Shown one piece after another: positions 49,170 through 62,607 of a DNA stretch of 64,000 nucleotides. Source of the DNA: Marsupella aquatica (lineage: Eukaryota > Plantae > Marchantiophyta). The stretch spans positions 30,448,932-30,512,931 of the forward strand of contig OZ316892.1 in assembly GCA_973895155.1 (NCBI GenBank), written 5' to 3'. The notes beneath the pieces are model-generated. The model ran no database searches. It was not told the DNA's origin and saw only the letters and a list, made by a program, of their open reading frames with translations. The first letter of the stretch is position 1, and each line of letters begins with the position of its first letter. A program made the position numbers and the translations under genes.

Positions 49170-52100
49170 GTACATGGATTGACAGCATCCAATAGAGCAA
49201 CAAGCAGCTTTGCAGAAATGGAATCTGTCATGTTTTGAGAGGCTCCTTGCGTGTCAATACCCTCCTTCCGTCGAGTAAGCCTCATGAGTTGCTCACGGCA
49301 ATGTGTTGGTGATAGGATTAGGGTTTACTTAATTGGACTACCTTTCATACGACAGAAGTGAATTTCAAGCACAGCAGATCCAAAACATGGAGGACAAGGC
49401 AGAGTCACCTTACGATGAGGTCCAGCCCTACAAGGAGGTGGAAAAGGAAGGTTTGGATTACAATACTTAATAGTTGGTCGTCATTGCATATAGTTGAATT
49501 TTGCATTGCGGTTTAGTGATGATATGTGGAATATTTTGACAATCCGTGGGTTGGAATTGAAACAGGCGGCACTGGAACGTTGTGGCATTCCTGCACACCG
49601 GAACAAATTCGCAGTTTGGTGGGAGGTGATCCAACTCAATCGTCAATGATTTTCAACCTTGGTCTGCAACAAACTTTTGGGATTGATTACAACATAACAG
49701 CCATATGTGGGGTGAAGGAGTTTGTGTTGGGATTTGATTATGCATCAAAATCCAGTGAATTCCGAGGATGTTCATTGAAAATCACACAAGATGTGTTACA
49801 TGCGGCATTCAAGCTGCCATTTGGTACATTCGCCAAGTATAGGCAGAGAATGCACTGTCTTGAATTCAATGATTTGTTTGTTCGTCCACAAATAAGAGGG
49901 AACCCCTATAGTTTAAAGCTTTTGAGAGCTCCGTATGATAGATGGTCTGGGGCAATTAGAGTGGTGCAAGAAATTATGCTGGGTAAGGAGAAGCCTTCAC
50001 AGTTATTAGCAAAACAATTGAGTTATTTCTACTAGTATTTGTGTGGTACTTTGCCGAAGGGAAAAAGACTAGCAGGCCCTGTGCCAAAATTGCTACCAGA
50101 TTGGAGTGATTTAGTTTACGATGAATTGGCTTTGGAAATAAATAAATTCAAGAAACACCTTCAGGGTATGAGGAATGTTCGTGAGTCAAAGGCGTTCCCC
50201 GCTTATTGTGGGATTGCTATTACATAGTTGCTGCTACATTGGGGATTTTCATGGAAAAGCCTTATATTGGGGCCAAATGTTGGCAACGAGGGTACTACAA
50301 GAAGGGAAACCCAACCTCAACCTATTCAATGTAAACTTCAGTCATCGGAATCAAAGTTAGAAGGCAGGATTGATGACCTTGAAGGGGAGTTGACGGCACA
50401 AACAATGCGAAATGATGAATACGAAGATGCTGGAGAAGGTTGGAATGAGAACCAATTGTGCATGGCAAATTTGAGTGTTGAACAAGAAATGTGCAATGCA
50501 GGACAAGATGCGGTCACCAGAGAATTTGAGGTGTTCAAATTGCAGTCACAATGCAGGTTGAAAGACCTTGAAGAAAAGCTTGTGCAGGTGACAATGCGCA
50601 ATGACGAATACCAAGCTGCTGAACAAGGTTGGAAGGAGGACCAATCACGCATGGCAGAATTGAGTGTTGAACTTCAAATGGGCACTACAGGACGAGATGT
50701 GATCACCAACAAATTTGAAGAGTTCAAATTGCAATCACAATGCAGGTTGAAAGACCTTGAAGAAAATCTTGTGCAAGTGACAAAGCGCAATGACGAATAC
50801 CAAGCTGCTGAACAAGGTTGGAAGGAGGACCAATCGCGCATGACAAAATTGAGTGTTGAACTTCAAATGGGCACTGCAGAACGAGATGCGGTCACTAGCG
50901 AATTTGAAGAGTTCAAATTGCAGTCACAGTCCAGGTTGAAAGACCTTGAAGAAAAGCTTATGCAGGTGACAATGCGCAATGACGAATACCAAGCTGCTGA
51001 ACAAGGTTGGAAGAAAGACCAATCGCGCATGGTAGAATTGAGTGTTGAACTTCAAATGGGCACTATAGGACGAGATGCTATCGCCAGCAAATTTGAAGAG
51101 TTCAAATTGCAGTCACAATGCAAGTTGAAAGACCTTGAAGAAAAGCTTGTGCAGGTGACAAAGCGCAATGACGAATACCAAGCTGCTGAACAAGGTTGGA
51201 AGGAGGACCAATCACGCATGGCAGAATTGAGTGTTGAACTTCAAATGGGCACTACAGAACGAGATGCGGTCACCAGCAAATTTGAAGAGTTCAAATTGCA
51301 GTCACAATGGAAGTTGAAAGACCTTGAAGAAAAGCTTGTGCTGGTGACAAAGCGCAATGACAATTACCAAGCTGCTGAACAAGGTTGGAAGGAGGACCAA
51401 TCGCGCATGGCAGAATTGAGTGTTGACCTTGAAAGGTGTGTTGCAGGACGAGATGTCGCGATCAATGAACTTGAGTTGTTGAAATTGTCATCAGAAAGCA
51501 AGTTTGAAGATGTTCAACGGAAGCTTGTAGAGCAGGCAGTGCGCATGGAATCATGTTTAGGTGCTGAATGTGCTTTGAAGGATATCCAAATGCGCATGGA
51601 AGAATTGGAAAGTGAACTTGCAAGGTGCACTAAACAACGAGATGATGCGAGCACACAACTTCAGTTGTTCAGATTAGAGTCACAGAGCAAGTTGGAAGAC
51701 CTTCAACGAGCACTTGTAGAACAGACAAGGCTGAAGGCGGAATACGTAGTTGCTCACAAAGCTTTGAAGGAGCTCACAAAGCTTTGAAGGAGAACGAAAT
51801 GTGCATGGGGGAACTGAGAAATGAGGTAGCAAAGTGCACTGCCGAATGCAATACTCAGCGCACTAACGTGGAGTCTTTGAAATTGGACTTAGAGCGTACA
51901 ATGGCAGAGCTTGAACAGGTGCATTGTAGATTGGGCGAGAATGTAGACTTGCAACAAATAGTTTCAACTCAGAAAGTAGAATTAAAATTCAAGGATGACC
52001 AATTGCACATAGCTCTTGCAAAGGTTGAAGAGTTGGAATGTACAGTGAGGAATTTGAAGAGAAAGCAAGTGTCGAACGCTGAACCAGTTATACCGTTCAT

Positions 52101-55086
52101 TGCGGAACCAAAGAGGCAAGCTCATGGACGTCCATTACTTGGTTCAACCTCCAACAATGAAATGACAACAGTGCCATGTAAAAATCGCGTACAGAGGGAT
52201 GAGATTGCAAGTTGTTCTCTGTCTGTGGTCTCGCAATTGACTCGTATTAATTTGGAGGACCCCCCAAAAAGGCGACGACTGTTGTGGTCTTTTGATAATG
52301 AAGGGGATAGCTTGGATCATGTTGACATTGACGCTACCTCCATAGGTCGTACAATTGCAGATTCCTGTTCCGATTCAGATTTAGATTCAGAGATGGACTT
52401 TCCCCGAGTCCGAGTCCAACCTTTTTTGCAAACAGAGGAACGAGTGAGTAAACTAACCATGTCGCAGCGTCTTGTCCAAATACTCAGTTTGGATGAGTAG
52501 AGCAGGTTAAGAAGGCTGACTGTTATTCCGTGACCATTGCAGGAATACATCAATGATAGGGACTTCACAGGAGAAGCAAGCCCACCAGATGGGCTTATGC
52601 AAAATGTGACAGTTTACCAACATCAACGGAAAGGTCTATCTGGATGTTGTCGAGGGAGAGTGGTGATTCCAAATGTTTTGGGGGCATTTTGGCAGATGAC
52701 CAGGTAAAACCCTAAAGCTCACATCATTTCCTAATGTTGAGTGGGCTGCGCATTGACTTCAGGGTCATCATGTGTTTTGTGGTGTGAACTTGGAATTTTC
52801 TTCCATGCATGAAATGAACTAACTGTATTTGTTGGTAGGGAATGGGGAAGACAATTCAACTGATTACACTCTTAGTCACCAATCGACCACCCAGAAGCAA
52901 GACCCTTATCGTTTGTCCTGGAAGTGTTATGACTCAATGGAAATGTGAGATTACCACTAAAACTACTGCAAGGGCAAATGTAAAGGTGTTAATATTTCAC
53001 GGGTCGGACAGATGTATGGATCCAAAGCAGTTGGCCTTATACGATGTTATAATTACCACTTACGGCACTCTCGCCCAACATTCCACTGCAGACCCACCTA
53101 CACTGAGAAGAAAAGGGAAATTAAGTCAAAAAATTCCTGTGGAGCCAACACCCAAGAAAATGAAGGATCCATTGCCTCCTTGCCTGGAGCAGGTACAATG
53201 GTACAGGGTGATTCTAGACGAGTGTCAAGCAATCTCAAACCATAGGAGTGGCAGAGCATTAGCTGCTTGCAACCTACATGCAAGAAGCAGATGGTGTGTA
53301 AGCGGAACTCCTGTGTCAAATTCTACTTGGGAGGCATACAGTTATTTCAAATTTCTTGGATACCCCCCTTACTGTGACATAGACCGGTTCAAGATTTTGA
53401 GGCAGCATATTGCAAAAAGTAGGAAAGCTGGACACGCAATACTACACAAGGAGCTGAGGGCCATTACATTGAGAAGAGATAAGAGTAAGACAACTACAAC
53501 TACAATGTTCACATGTGTTGGAATTGGACTTTTCCATTATTTGGAATTGGTTGAATTTCATATGGATTTTGATGTGTTGTATGTTTGTATGCAATCTTAT
53601 AGTTGGACATATTTTGTTTGCAGGTATCCTGAATCTACCTAAGAAGCATGTAAGAGTAGCTCATCTCGACTTTTTAGTTGAAGGCGATGCCATAGTGTAT
53701 AAGAAATTAGAGGCAAGGAGTGTAGCGGAAGACTCGGTATGTCCAAAGTTTGGCCCACCCTATGTGGGTGTACTTTGTCATTCTTCAATTGTGCACAGAT
53801 ACCGTGGTTGCCCTGTTGTTTTGTACAATTACTCAACCGGGTTGATTTGTGGGCTTCACAGAAGGGAAATAAGAAAGAGAAAGCTAAATTGCTGTCGTTG
53901 ATGCTGAGAATGAGACGCCACTGTGGGCATCGTGACCTTGTCTTTCACAATGAAAAAGAAGATAGTGTGAATACTCCCAAGATCCAACCCGATGGAGTCC
54001 GTTCAGACGAATTGGTAAACAAGTTGTTGGATGCTCCAGAAGGGGGGACTTGTAACAAGTGCCAGGTGATTTTTCGCACATAGTAAATCCTATTTGTAAA
54101 TCCAGTACCCCGTGGGAGTGTTGTTCAACCGGTGGCGATTGTTGAAACATTTGACATTGCACACTAACTTTGAAGTCCATTTTTGTAATATTTGCAGGGT
54201 GAGCTTTTTGATGACCCCATGATTTCCATCTGTGGTCACTATTACTGTTCCAGTTCAGCTTGTTATTTTGATCCACTGGAAGAGGACATAATATGCGGAG
54301 CACCAAACTGTAAGCAGCAAATTTCATGGAGTACGGTGTACAGAGTATGTGATATATGTACGTTGTCTGGCACTGAATTGGCAGAGGAGGACTTGGAAAT
54401 TCTCGGTTTTCATACTTCTGGGCCATCACCCAAAATTGATGGTGTCATGTCTTACTTGAACGAGCTGCGAGAGTCTGGAAGTGACGATAAGATCATTGTG
54501 TTTTCTCAATGGACCGGCTTAATTGACTTGTTACAAGGACTTGAAAGTGCAAACATCCAGTTCACAAGGGTGGACGGGAGCATGAGTTTGGAGAAGCGTG
54601 ACCAAAATCTGAGAGACTTTGCCGAATCTCGCCAGATATGCATAAAGCACCCCATATAGGTTGTTTTGGTGCATGTTTTTGAGAAATTGTACATCGGTCA
54701 CTCACTAAGCATTTCACTACACTGGATTGATTCAGATACAAGTCGCCCTATTGTCATTAAAGGCTGCCAATACGGGATTAAATATCACGGCTGCCAATCA
54801 TGTACTCTTTACAGATATATGGTGGAATCCAACAGCAGAAGATCAAGCAGTGGACAGAACTCATCGTCTAGGGCAGACAAAAGAAGTGTTTGTTACACAT
54901 TTCCTAATGAGGAATACTATTGAGGAGACATTGTGGCATGTACAACAGAGAAAGAGGACACTGATTGATGAATGCGTACACGGAAGTTTGAGTAGCGGAA
55001 AAAAGGATAATGCAATATTGCAGGAAGTATTGAAAGAGGAGCGACTCAGGTTGTCTAGGCAACAGGCAGTAGGAAGGCCGAGATGA
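49170..55086 (+). pseudogene. Chimeric gene: transposon-type (Transposase_32/PMD-like) domain + 63-aa coiled-coil repeats + FRG/CHR27-28-like (Ris1 subfamily) SNF2-RING helicase
   Basis: GLQQTF...VKEFVLGFD.....EFRGCSLKITQDVLHAAFKLP; then EASPPDGL...HQRKGL.WM..RES....GGILADDQ|GMGKT (intron 52704-52838), ILDECQ, SGTP, RING CNKC..CGHYYC...CGAPNC, KIIVFSQWT and WWNPTAEDQAVDRTHRLGQ. In-frame stops at 50033, 50225, 52498 and 52531, and a 20-nt duplication frameshift at about 51770. 5' start uncertain. Confidence 0.8.
50330..51780 (+). repeat. 189-bp (63-aa, nine-heptad) coding tandem repeat
   Basis: gaccttgaag at 50375, 50564, 50753, 50942, 51131 and 51320, with degenerate units beyond. Confidence 0.9.
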
Positions 55087-57339
55087 TAGAGCATTCACAA
55101 ATTAAGGCACATTGCTCGCCATCTAGAGGCTTTTGAGGCAGGCTTTGAGACTCTTACAGTTATGACGAGTGATGGAGGCCACTTGAGCTGAGCTAATGAC
55201 ATCCTCTGCCACCATGTTGCCCAAGCATTTGCAAACCCTCCAGTTGGTGGTGTGCAAAGAGGTGCGTATGTGCCGTACATGTTTTAACGGGTCACTCTGT
55301 AAAATTGTATTTGAAGTAGGCTAAGGCTTACTCCCATTGGATATGAGATGCAGGTGACGAGAATGCTGATAGTGTATGCACCACACAGGGCCTAAAAAAG
55401 GATGCATCTATGGGCACATAACAAGTGGGTGAGATATGGCTTTGCATAGCACAAGTTCTGACACGAGTATGTGGGCAGAAGAGAGAAAGGAAGTTCGGAA
55501 ATTGACCATATTGTGATTGCAGCGGTGTATATCCTCCTCTGCATATAATGTCCAACTTCCTCTAACAATATGTGGCCTTTTCTTTCACCAGGTTATGTTT
55601 GTGATGCTTAATGATGTGTTGGATGTTGGTGTCAGACATCTAGCCATAGAGTATCGTGGTATGGATGCGTCCTTGCAATTGATTTCCCGGTTATTGTCCA
55701 AGATTGTGCTGCAAGTGAACAGTAAGCTCTTCGGGCTAGCTGCCTAGTTTTTGAGCAATATGGCTGGCTGTGGTGGGCCAATTGGATATGTAGATTCAGC
55801 CCCGACTGAGGGGAAAAAGCAGTGAAAAGTTGGAAGATGTCATTCCTGATTTGCTGAAGAACAAGTTGCTATCATGCACAAAGAAGGAGTCCTTGTGCAA
55901 CGGAGTAGTATAAGAACAAGTTGCTATCATGCACAAAGAAGGAGTCCTTGTGCAACGGAGTAGTATAAGTGGGTATAGTTTATGGGAGGTGACTTGGCAT
56001 GAGGTCAAGGGTATAGCACCCAACCTTGAAGTTGAGCTTTTCCCAGAACCCCAACTCGAGCCGGAACAAGAGTCAGCTGTTGTTTTGGACTCCTCCAATG
56101 AGACGGTGGAGTGGAGTGAACATCCTGTATGAACTGGTGAAGGGGATACAACTGTTGAACCCGAAAACAACAGTCAAAGAGGAGGAAGCTGAGGTGCATT
56201 TGGCAAAATTTACCAAAAGCACAATGACAGGCAGGGTACGGTCTCGCCATTTCATGATTGCAAGGTGAATTGCTGTGGATGGATGCAAAAGTGTGACCTC
56301 ATTGATTGCATATTCAGTACCACTCGGGATGTGTGGTATTCCCACAATAAGCTGGAACTGTTGTCTTCTCTTGTGTGTATGGTGAAATTAATTGGATTTG
56401 TCATCAATTCATGGTGTAGGTGGTGAATTTTGTGGGTGCAACACTAAAAACTTGCGCTTTGGGTATAATGTGGTCCACAAATATCCCCTGTAGATTGTGA
56501 GCAGCTCAAAGTCTGGTGCTCTTATTACTGTTATAGTTCATTGGCAGATTTTACACATCCTCGTACACAAAATTGAAGCGTAACTAAGCTGAACTTTTGT
56601 ATAGATGATTGTAGGTGATGCAACATATGGCCATTTAAGATGTAGCTGAATATGGAACTTGCTACCTTGACATTGCCCTTGCTTGTAGTGATCGGATGAG
56701 GATACATGAGTTCAATTAAAACCTACCTCTGACTGCAGGTGCACGGGAGCTGAACGTTGGATCCCTTGGGGAGTAGAAACCAGCAGCAAGTTTATCACCA
56801 GGACTCTTCACGCTGAGCACATGATGTGATGTTGCTCAGAGAAGTCTTCGTTCAACATTGAAGAACTATTTCCTTACATGAATATAAACTTTTGTGTAGT
56901 GGATGACGTTTTTGGCTTGAGCAAGAATTCACCATTTTGAATTCAACTGAACTTTTTTTCCCCTCTTCAAAAAGTGAATTAACATTGTGGCGGATGTTGA
57001 TTTCAGTTCAGCCTGCTACTGTAAGGAGGTTGAATGGGCAACCTTCTAGTAGGGGTTAGGGGTGAAGGTTTGTTTGGGAACAAACAGGCACAACAGGGTA
57101 GTATGGTTGCCTAATCTATCTTGTTGTGGGCATTGTATTGCACCTCGTGCTAACCCTTGGTACACTCTTAATCTTAATAGGTGTTCATCTGTAAAGGAAC
57201 AAGGCCAAGTATTCTGATAAACCCACACAACATTGTTTAAAGAAAAAGAACAAGGCTGAGTATTTTGAGAAAACCACACACTCTTGACTCTGTTTACATG
57301 ATAAGCGGCCATTGTCAATAAGAGATACAAAAGTTGAGG

Positions 57340-57860
57340 TCATGTAATGCGGTATTATGGTTCATATTAGGAAATTGGGCCATATACGTGTACAATTCAG
57401 GGTAATCTAATAATCGAGTAATGTACAACTAAGGTTAATGTTAGGAATACGTCCGAACCTCGGGGTAATCCAATCACGAAGCAATGTACTAGGCAGGTTA
57501 ATCTTAGGATATTGTGCCATACACACGGATACGAAAGTTGGGGTAATCTTATCCATCAATAAATGTACATTAATTAATGTTCAAGATTTGTGCCATACAC
57601 ATGGATACAAAAGCAAGGGTAATCCTACACAAGGATACGAAACGCAAGCCGGGGTAATCTTATAATTAATAAAGTACTAGTAAGGTTAATGTCCGGAAAT
57701 TGGCCACACCCATGGATACAAAAGCTGCGGTAATCCTACGCATAGATACAAAGCAAATGCCGGGGTAATCCTACGCATAGATATGAAGCAAATGCCGGGG
57801 TAATCCAATAATTAATTAAAGTATGAATGAATGTATTAAGGAATGTACTAAGCCGGGCTG
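57340..57860. repeat. Degenerate short repeats (ggggtaatc / ca.ggatac.aaag)
   Basis: About eight ggtaatc motifs interleaved with gatacaaaagc-like motifs at irregular spacing. Confidence 0.5.
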
Positions 57861-59870
57861 TAAAAATGTGGGGTTTTACATACATGGACACAAAGACTAT
57901 AAACGTGACGACATGATGTAATCATGCAGGTTAGGTAAAGTAGGAAGACTGTTTGTTACACCAACAGTCTTCGGCCACAAATGAGTTTTTGGCCACAAAT
58001 GAGGTGTCGTACAGCACATTTGTTATGTCGTACAACCATCTATTTGAGTAGTGTTTTTTTTATCTACATACCAATATCCATTGCAAGGGAAAATTGGCAG
58101 GTCATGTGGGACCGGGGAAAAATAAATTTTGATTTATGTGAAGTGTGTCTCACATGTCGCTTCTAGGTTCCAAAAATCTAGGGTTGACGGTAAAAATAAA
58201 CGACGACACCAGAATGGGGTAGGGGGAGTTTAGGGTCCATTTATATTGAATGTAATGAGAGAATTGTTTACTAGAATAAATGGTACCCCATATTTTAATA
58301 ATGTGTCTATTGGTCGATACCCAGGAAAGAAAATACCGTCCTATCTTCTTTGCACTTCAACCGACGCACTCTACTGCTTGCCTTTTTGGGGAACAAGGTA
58401 GCCAAAATAAATTCACTGAAGAGAATAGATACGTTCAAAACTCCAGAATTTAATTTACAAATACTACAAAAAAAATTTGACTCTTACCTGAAGTTTTCCT
58501 ATTGTCTAAAATCTTAAAGTTTCCCTTTCTTGAAGCTCAAATTGTTTTTCCTTCCCTGCCCTCCCTCAGGTTTAATTTTTTCCCTAGCGCCTGAAGTTGG
58601 AGTTTTTTTCGTTCCCCCTGGAGGTGAAGTTTTTTTTTCTTCCTCGAAAAAGCTGAATTTTTTTTGCTTGCTTTGGTTTTTGCTATTTTTCTTCTCTCCC
58701 ACTTTCACATTATGTAGGTTTACATCATGTGTGAAAAAAACTAGAATACAACGTATGGATTTGATTAAAAAAATCACCCCTGGTTTAGGGAACGAAAACA
58801 GAGCAGGTAAATTTAGGCATGTACTTTGGCCAGTATTTGTCCATGCAATACCCAAAATGTTGGTCTCGTGAGGTTTAGGGTCTTTTCAGTACGTTCGGAG
58901 TCCTTTTGCCGGCGCGGGGCACCTTCATGGGGTTCCCTGCCCGCTTTGTTGCTTGCTATGACTAATAAAAGTACCTGTCACGTCATCGGCTGCGGCCTTA
59001 ACTCAGACTTCAGCTTAGACGGGCACATCCCTCGTAAATCTGAGGGTTCGGGCAGGAAGGGAAGCACGTAATGCACCTTATTCTCGTAAACTAGCGCTAA
59101 GTGCGCATACTGCTAAATACGGACACCTCCTAGGTATGGTTTGTGTTCCGCCGCCGGAACGTACCTTAGTCGATAGCAGGATCAACCCCGGCTTAAGGGC
59201 TTCTAAGCCTTCGTGCTGTCCGCCTTCGATCCGGATTCGATGATACAGGTCCTCAACCCGTGCTCGCAACCACTTACCCGCAGGCTGCACCCTGTGCACG
59301 TCTCGGGTAGTGCGTTTGGCCTGGCGCTGCCACCCATATACGAGAAACCCACACACATACACGCGCACATGCATACAATCTCGATTTACACGAAGGAAAA
59401 TGATGGGAAAGGATTTTACTACAAAGGGAACATATGCGTACACTTAGTTGACCCGACAGCCCCGGAATGAACAGGTTCAAGGCCGAGGGTGCACACTACA
59501 ACGGAGCCCGGCTCCACACTCGCCCGACGAGCTTAGTCCTACCCCCTCCCCTTGGTACTCTTTCATTCCCAGAGGTCGGGACTCCCCGCACATACCGCGG
59601 ACGCCCAACTTTGCAACTAAAAACCCCCCCGTCTCTACCGAGGGGTGCACTAAATACTAAGGGCCGAGGGACGGGGTGTCCTCTCGCCGAAGATTCACTG
59701 ACTACGGTCCTAACTAAGCTGACAGTCAGGCCGAAAATGGCTGTGTCTTATTAGAAGATCCTAATCTATGCAGGCTGGACAGCACGGCAGCGTTGCTGTA
59801 CCCAAGGCAGGTGCCTGTCCCAAGAGTCTGACTAAGCTAGTCCTAATCCTACTCTATTCCTACTCCGCCG

Positions 59871-62499
59871 CTAATGCCTGGCACGCTTGCCAGAGCCACC
59901 TAAATGGGAGCGGCCATCCCGCTGCCTTCGAAGCCTGTCATTGTCCGCCTTGAGGAGCTGGACCTGGTCCAGCAGAGATTCGTTCTCTCGCCTTGCCGCG
60001 TCCGTCTCCTCTGCTGCCTCCTGACAAGCCTCCTCCAACTACTGGGCGTCACTTGTCAGTTTACCCGCCAGCTGTTCCTGCTTCTCGGCCTCGGTTTGGA
60101 GCCGCGCCACCTCGGCCTACAACGTGGCTATCTCCGCCGTGTCCCGCTGGGCCCGTTCCTCGGCCTCCTCCAGGTCTTTCTGCCAGGTGACAGTTTGATT
60201 CTTCAAACTGTCAATCTGGTTCCGAAGTCGTGTAATCTCGGCTTCGTTCCCAGCTTTGGCTTGTTCGGCTAGGGCGGTAAGAGCGTGCGCCTTTGCTAAC
60301 AACTCATCGGCGGCTGCAACCTTGGGTCGTAGTTGCCGAAGCTCAGCCTCTTGAGCTGCAACTTTGTTCTTTAGGTACACGGACTCCACCCGGTACCGCT
60401 CTATCCTCTGAAGGGCCTCTGACTGGGCCCGACCTGCCTTTACTGCGGCAACCAACTCCTGATTGAAGAAACAGGCTACCTTCCGGGCCATGAACTCCAC
60501 GGTATCCCGAGCAATTTGATGAGAGAAATCTCCCAGAAGCCCGTTCAGAAATGTACCCGGCACGAAGAGTTCCGGGTGGTCCAGGTTGTGCCTGTCCGGA
60601 GTTGGGCACGGGCAAACATCCACACGCGCGGGGGCCGGGGCAGTGACGTCCAACCCTGGGGACGTAACTTTGGAAGGGGTTGGAGCGTCCTCCTGTAGCA
60701 ATGTCCGGTTCTCCGGAATAGCCACCGGTGGGTCTTTGGGAGAACCGGGCTCGGGTAAGACCTCCGCCGTACCGACTTCTGTACTTAGTCCGGCCTGTTG
60801 GGTTGCATCAACGGTTGCGACACCCGACCCATCCGGTACCTCCTCGGTTACGACTACAACTACTTGTGGAGGTGGGGTGGGTGAAGCTGGCGTGTCCGCT
60901 GGACTTCGGGCCTCGGGCTGGGGCCGTCTCTCCAAGGCCGGGAAAACCCACCTAGCTGGGACCAGCTTTGTAACGTTGACATGGGGAAGGGTTCGTCGAT
61001 CAAACCGGGCATACCACTCAAGAATGATCTCGATGTGGCTAGCAAAATACGCCTTCCCGCCAATGTACAGCGTCTTCCTTTGCCGCTCCATCTCTTCATG
61101 GAATTTCTTAGCGAAGTACGATGCCCACCTCCTAGGTTGATAGTTCTCGACCTGGATAACCTGGGCGGCGGAGATCTCCCCCCGGGGTTCCATCATGTGG
61201 AGGGCGTACCTCTGGAACTCCAGTCGCTCAGCTATCTTGGGGATGAGGCAGGTTTTCATCACGAACCCGTTGTCCACTGCTCCCTCTGAGGGAAAACTTG
61301 AAGATTGGTACTTGGCTCCCTTGCCCCCGGGAGCCCGTGATTCGACTCGATGGTCACCTTCGGGTAACCCGAAGATCATCCTGAGCCGTTCTTCCGTGAG
61401 GGACATACTCCTTCCCCGTAGCCGAGTATGTTGATGCGCGTCATCATAATTCCTGATGAACTCCGTCATGTCCTCCCCGTAGTACCTGCAAGTGTTCCAG
61501 GGGAGGGAGGTGAGGTGCTCGAATCCCTGAGTCTTCAGGTACACCGCATGCTTGGGATGGAGGATGTTTTTGTGAACGTTTTCCCCCATGCGGTGCATCA
61601 TCACCTTGGCCACGGCTACCGTGGCCAATGGTAACCCGGATGCAGTGGCGGATTCCTTCCTCTTCTTCCCCCGTGACTGGCTTGGGGAAGGTGACACCTC
61701 CCCATCCTCCCGATCGGGCCTGGGTAGTGCTACTGCCGTTAGTAACAGGCCCGGGTCGGCCACGGTCACCATGTTGTCTGCCGGGGCCGCTCTTGGGGTC
61801 AGAGCAGGGGGTGGGGATGATATAGTATCGGCCCCCTGAGCGCTTGTTCCTCTGGGCCGCCTGGTCAAGGGTAGGGTAGCCTCGTCGTCATCGCTAAGAT
61901 CCACAGCGTTGATGACGGAGCGTACTTGTGCTGGTTGGGCGATTGGTGGTGGGGTTTGGCTAGGCTGCGGCTGAGGCTGAAGCTGAAGCTGAGCCTGAGG
62001 TTGTACGGGTACGGGTACGGGTACAAGTCATGTTGGTTGCTGGCCGAGTTCCTATGAAGCTCTGTAGGTGCTGGTAGAAGTTCTCCGAAGCGAGTGCAGA
62101 CGACCTTGTCGAACGGGTAGTGCTGGACTCGCTGTTGATGATAGCCCAAACCTGAGCAGGGATGTGGTCAAAGTGATGTCGCTGCAAGTCGATCGTACCC
62201 GGGATATTGAAGACCTCGTCCGGAAGCCGAAGCAATGCTTCCCAGAACCCGATATATTTGTCTCTGTTGAAGAAGTACCCGGATACCTCTGCTGGTCGGT
62301 AAAGCTTGCTCTGAGACGGGTAGTCAAAGTTAAGGATGTAGTGGTGTCGTCCTGCTAGGCGGATGGCTCGCTCGTACTCGCGTTCGATTTTGTATCGGCG
62401 CGGGTTGGCGTGTTTCAATGAGTCGGCCAAGTGCCTTCCGGTAGATAGGAACTGCGTCCAGAATCGAATGGCCGAGCTGGAGAGGATCGTGTGCGACAT
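59871..62499 (-). pseudogene. Family B ORF: same domain type as family A ORF + coiled coil
   Basis: GFEHLTSLPW...MTEFIRNY.....RLRGRSMSLTEERLRMIFGLP...NGF...TC..P.I.E.LEF.R..LH...PR.EI parallels family A. Frameshift in a low-complexity linker near 62000, which is continuous in the 4387-6163 copy. Two in-frame TAGs, then the coiled coil runs on to 59871. Confidence 0.7.
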
Positions 62500-62600
62500 T
62501 CAGAGGAGATAGTAGTGGCGACTTAGAGCGAACGAGAGAGCTGGGGTCGAAGCTGGCGCGTGGACTGATGGACTGGTGCACTACAAAGGGTTGGCTCCCC

Positions 62601-62607
62601 TTTTATA
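62601..62607 (-). promoter_or_regulatory. Putative TATA box of the family B element
   Basis: TATAAAAG about 100 nt upstream of ATG 62499, conserved in the diverged copy at 5801-5807. Confidence 0.55.

Noticed and set aside
55095-56350. Decayed gene convergent with the SNF2 pseudogene
   Set aside because: A long frame with several stops and a possible intron, but no recognisable domain.
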